Below are positions 60,518 through 64,000 of a DNA stretch of 64,000 bases, one piece after another. The DNA lies in NCBI RefSeq assembly GCF_963921235.1, contig NC_086108.1:29204001-29268000 (forward strand), read 5' to 3'. The stretch is from Mobula hypostoma (lineage: Eukaryota). The notes under the pieces were generated by a model. It searched no databases, was not told where the DNA came from, and worked only from the letters and a program-made list of their open reading frames with translations. The position numbers and the translations under genes are program-made. Every line of letters begins with the position of its first letter. The first letter of the stretch is position 1.

Positions 60518-61012
60518 TACCTGTACACCTGCTCATGAATACAAATAGCTAATCAAGCCAATCATGTGGCAGTAACTCAATTCATAAAGGCATACAGACA
60601 TGCTCAAGAGGTTGAGTTGCTGCTCAGACCAAATATCAAAATGTGATCTCAGTGACTTTGATTGTGAAATGATTGTTGGTGCCAGATGGGGTGGTTTGAG
60701 TATATTAGAACCTTCTGATTGAGGATTTTCATGCATAACAGTCTTTAGAATTTACAGAGAATGGTATGAAAAACAAAAAAAAATGTCAGTGAGTGGCAGT
60801 TCTGCAGGTGAAGATGCCTTGTTATTGAGAGAGGTTAAAGAAGAATGGCCAGACTGGTTCAAACTGACAGGAAGGCAACAGTAACTCAAATAACCATGTG
60901 CTACACCAGTGGTGTGCAGAAGAGCATCTCTAAACAAAGCAGAAAACCATGAACACGTAGTCAGTAGCCACTTTATTAGTACAGGAGGTACCTAATTAGG
61001 TGGCCACTCAGT
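60518..61012 (+). mobile_element. Tc1-derived non-autonomous element
   Basis: Transposase N-terminal remnant (CDLSDFDCEMIVGAR) and a terminal mini-palindrome tcagtagccactttatta...taattaggtggccactcag. Confidence 0.65.
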
Positions 61013-61024
61013 CTATGTCATAGC

Positions 61025-62340
61025 TGTCATGGTCCACAGTTCCACTATACATTTTGCTACATTTCTTACTGCAATCAACAGCTTATCTTCCTTTCTTTCA
61101 GAGGTCAATGACCATAAAGTCAGCTCTTCTGTTTCAATGTTCCTTTTCCCATTCACTTTCCATAGATCACATCTCTGTCCTAGTCCCACCTTGCACCCAA
61201 GCAGTTTCATCTGCTTTGCTGCCAATTTCCACCCTGCCCTCACTTTCACATAGACAATCTTGGACTCTTCACTTCTTTTTCCAGATCTCTCAGTCTCTTG
61301 TTCATGAGATGGGTAAACTACCATCATCCATTACAAACCTGCCAACACTCACAGCCATCTCAGTACCTTTTGTCCCATCCTCCCTCCTGTAAAGATTCTA
61401 TCCCAATGTCTTAGATCCTCCATACTTCAATAATGAGATATTCTCTGCAGGCTCCTCTGAAGTGTCTCCCTCCCTTTGTTAACAAGCCTCCTGACTGCTT
61501 GTCATCCATTTCCCACACCTCTACTTTCAACCCCTCTTCACCTGGAGAGAACAGTTCCTCTGGTCCTCACCTTCCACTTCGCCAGCCTCCACATTCAATA
61601 GATCATTCTCTCCTGCTTCTACCAGCTTCAAAGAAATTCTACCACCATATTTTCCTCTCAATTTTCCTTTCAACATTTCACAGGGACTGTTAGCTCTGGT
61701 CCTCTACAGTCCATTTTTCCAATCCCACCAACTAACTCTTTGTTATGGCACCTTCCCTTGTTTCCACAAGTGGGGCAACACCTGTCCTTTCACACCTTCC
61801 CTTCTCATCATCCAGAAACCCAAACAATCTTCCCAGGTAAAGCAACGATTCACTTGCACGACTTCAATCTTGTGTGCTGCACTCGGTATTCACAATATGG
61901 GCTCATTCATACTGGAGAAACCAAACAGGGACTGGATGATTACTTTGCAAGAACAAGTGTGTGGGAGACTGATGGGATGGGTTCCCTGGCACTTCTGGGC
62001 CTCCAGGCATCTTCTGCTGGGTGGGAACCGGGTAGTTCATATGCCTTCTCCACTCACTGAGCCGCAACAGCTGGGGGCTGAGTCGAGCCAAGCAGAGCCA
62101 GGAATACTAAGCAGACCCACTCAATGAGTCAGTGAGGCTGGCTGAGAGCCGCTCTTCCCACGCCTGTTCCCTCTCCCATTACGTCTGTTTCTTCATCCCA
62201 TTGTGCTCTGACCTAGTAGTCTATGACCTCTATTGTCACAGTGAGGGCCAGTGCAAGCCTCAGGAACACCTTCTTCATCTTCTATCTGGGCACTCCACAG
62301 TCTTCGGGACTCAATATTGAGTTTTGCAACTGCAGGTAAC
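61025..62340 (+). mobile_element. Old Penelope-like remnant (RT C-terminus plus GIY-YIG)
   Basis: NFHPALTFT, NLVCCTRYSQYGLIHTGETKQ, QEHLLHLLSG. Confidence 0.7.
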
Positions 62341-62784
62341 ATAACTTCTCAGTCTGTATCAGTCATCCAGCTCTAACATCAGCTCAGCTTGTTTTTGTTT
62401 CCCCTTCCTTTTTTCCCTTTCTGGGAGTGAAGACTCATCCAGCTGGACTTGCTGGGCTTGTCCTCCTTCTCTGCATTTTGCAACCCCCACAGTCTAGTTA
62501 CTTTTGCCACTAAATCTGCCATCAGATTTCTGAATGGACAATGAACACTATCTCACAGCTTTTGCTCTCATTTTGTACATTATAGTATTTCATGTATTGT
62601 ATTGTACTGCTGCACAAAACTTAGCGTCAGTAATAATAAACTTAATGATTCTGATTTGTCTAGGTTCTCATCCATTAACAGCTCCCATTTACTCATTGAT
62701 CAGATAACATTGTTAACAGCTTATAGTCACCCTGGTTTTACCCCATCAGAAACATCTCCCCTCCCCATACTTTTACCAGGGACA

Positions 62785-62995
62785 TAAGAGATTCTGCAAA
62801 TGCTCAAAACCTTGAGCAACACACACAAAATTCTGGAGAAACCCAGCAAGTCAGGCAGGATCTAGCATTCTGTGTACATTGCTTTAGTTTTCTCATTTTC
62901 AGTTCTGACAGAGTCCTTGAATGAAACTTCAACTGTGTTTCTCTTCCCACTGAGACAGTCTGACCTGCTGACAATTTTTCTGTATTTTCTGTTTT
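62785..62995. mobile_element. Penelope pLTR-derived inverted unit
   Basis: acacacaaaattctggagaaacccagcaagtcaggcag...tctgacctgctgacaatttttctgtattttctg; decayed hammerhead at ~62900-62936. Confidence 0.7.
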
Positions 62996-64000
62996 GTAAA
63001 AATTTCCTAATTCTGAGTCAGGTAAAATGAGAATGATGAATTCTTTCATGTCTTTTTATTGGAAGGTCTTCTTATTCTTTGATTATTTAAATCGCTATTT
63101 GTGATTGGGCATGTTGCTTTGGTTGGAACACTGTATGCATTTCTCCAACCGAGCAATTCTGGGTTACTATTTTTATCCCACTGGCTCACTTTAAGCCTCT
63201 TAGATATTTGATTTATCCGCCAACTTCCTGTTTCCCTATTTCATATCGCAGAACGTGGCATTTATCTACAAAGCAAAACATTTAACACTCCATGATTTTG
63301 CAGCTTGGCTGCAATTCATCTCAACTTCAGTATAAGATAGGTCACGCACCCTTGTTCTTTCTGGAATTGCTATTATTAAGATTTGTCTGTTTAACCCTTG
63401 GCATCCATACAATAGAAGGTCCTCAACTTCATTCTGCCCCTTTGAAGTACTGTCAAAGTTCAAACTTCCAGTTGGTTTTACAATGAAGTTTATCTCATCA
63501 GAGCCATACCAAAACTTGACCACAATCTGCACCACATAAACCCTTGATGATAGTTTTAACAGTGCCCCTGGCTGGAAACTGATGGTATTATCTTGATTAC
63601 CTATCTGTTAGACCAGTCAGTTGATCTTTCCTCTGCCATTAGATGTTTAAGTTCCCAGTTGCTTGGAGTTGACCATCCATTCAACACTAAGCACCATAGC
63701 GACTAATTGTCTCAACCATTACTGTACTTGTATGGATATTGGTCATAAGTAATTTCCCAACTGTCATCAGATCAAACTCAATCCCAAATACAATTCTCTC
63801 CTGCTGAGTCTGTCCATTTCTCCAAAGTTATTGTGCAGAGCAAGGGAAGTCTTTTTAACCTCCTCTATCCAATGCTATTTCCCTCTTCCTGCACCTCAGC
63901 ATATCCATCTCCTTTTGTCTTGATTATGTTCCAAGGTTACCACCAGCTGAAGTTGAGTGGTTTTACCTCTCCAGATATTGTCTCCTTCTCTTTTAGCACT

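Noticed and set aside
63266..63535. 89-aa minus-strand ORF
   Set aside because: No motif or splice support; the region may be a very old repeat.
1..64000. CRISPR arrays, rRNA/tRNA genes, prokaryotic operons or defence systems
   Set aside because: None seen. The sequence is eukaryotic and TE-dominated; tRNA-like sequence is limited to SINE heads and the PBS.

Overview
Vertebrate non-coding DNA, most likely from a cartilaginous fish (ray/shark); this is inferred from the repeat repertoire (HER1-like CR1 LINEs, HE1-like V-SINE, DeuSINE, Penelope pLTR hairpins). Most of the window is transposable elements and no host protein-coding gene could be identified. Main contents: (1) a nest at 1.1-13.9 kb, where an old CR1 is split by a near full-length L1 (17-bp TSD) that itself carries two young inverted CR1 copies and a non-autonomous retroelement; (2) a third young CR1 at 18.2-21.5 kb; (3) many Rex/Babar-like fragments; (4) Penelope-like elements whose pseudo-LTRs carry minimal hammerhead ribozyme motifs, one apparently intact at 43160-43197; (5) a complete 4.2-kb Gypsy element with CsRN1/Kabuki-clade hallmarks (CHCC gag motif, tRNA-Trp PBS); (6) two solo LTRs; (7) a Tigger/pogo derivative with an internal long hairpin; (8) Tc1-type MITEs; (9) three copies of a ~680-bp element with an L1-like (GGA)n-YY1 head and a Rex-like 3' end. 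TE-poor islands at about 22-25, 27.7-28.6 and 34.6-39.5 kb hold a candidate 38-nt minus-strand exon and enhancer-like motif clusters. All family assignments are by eye, without database searches.
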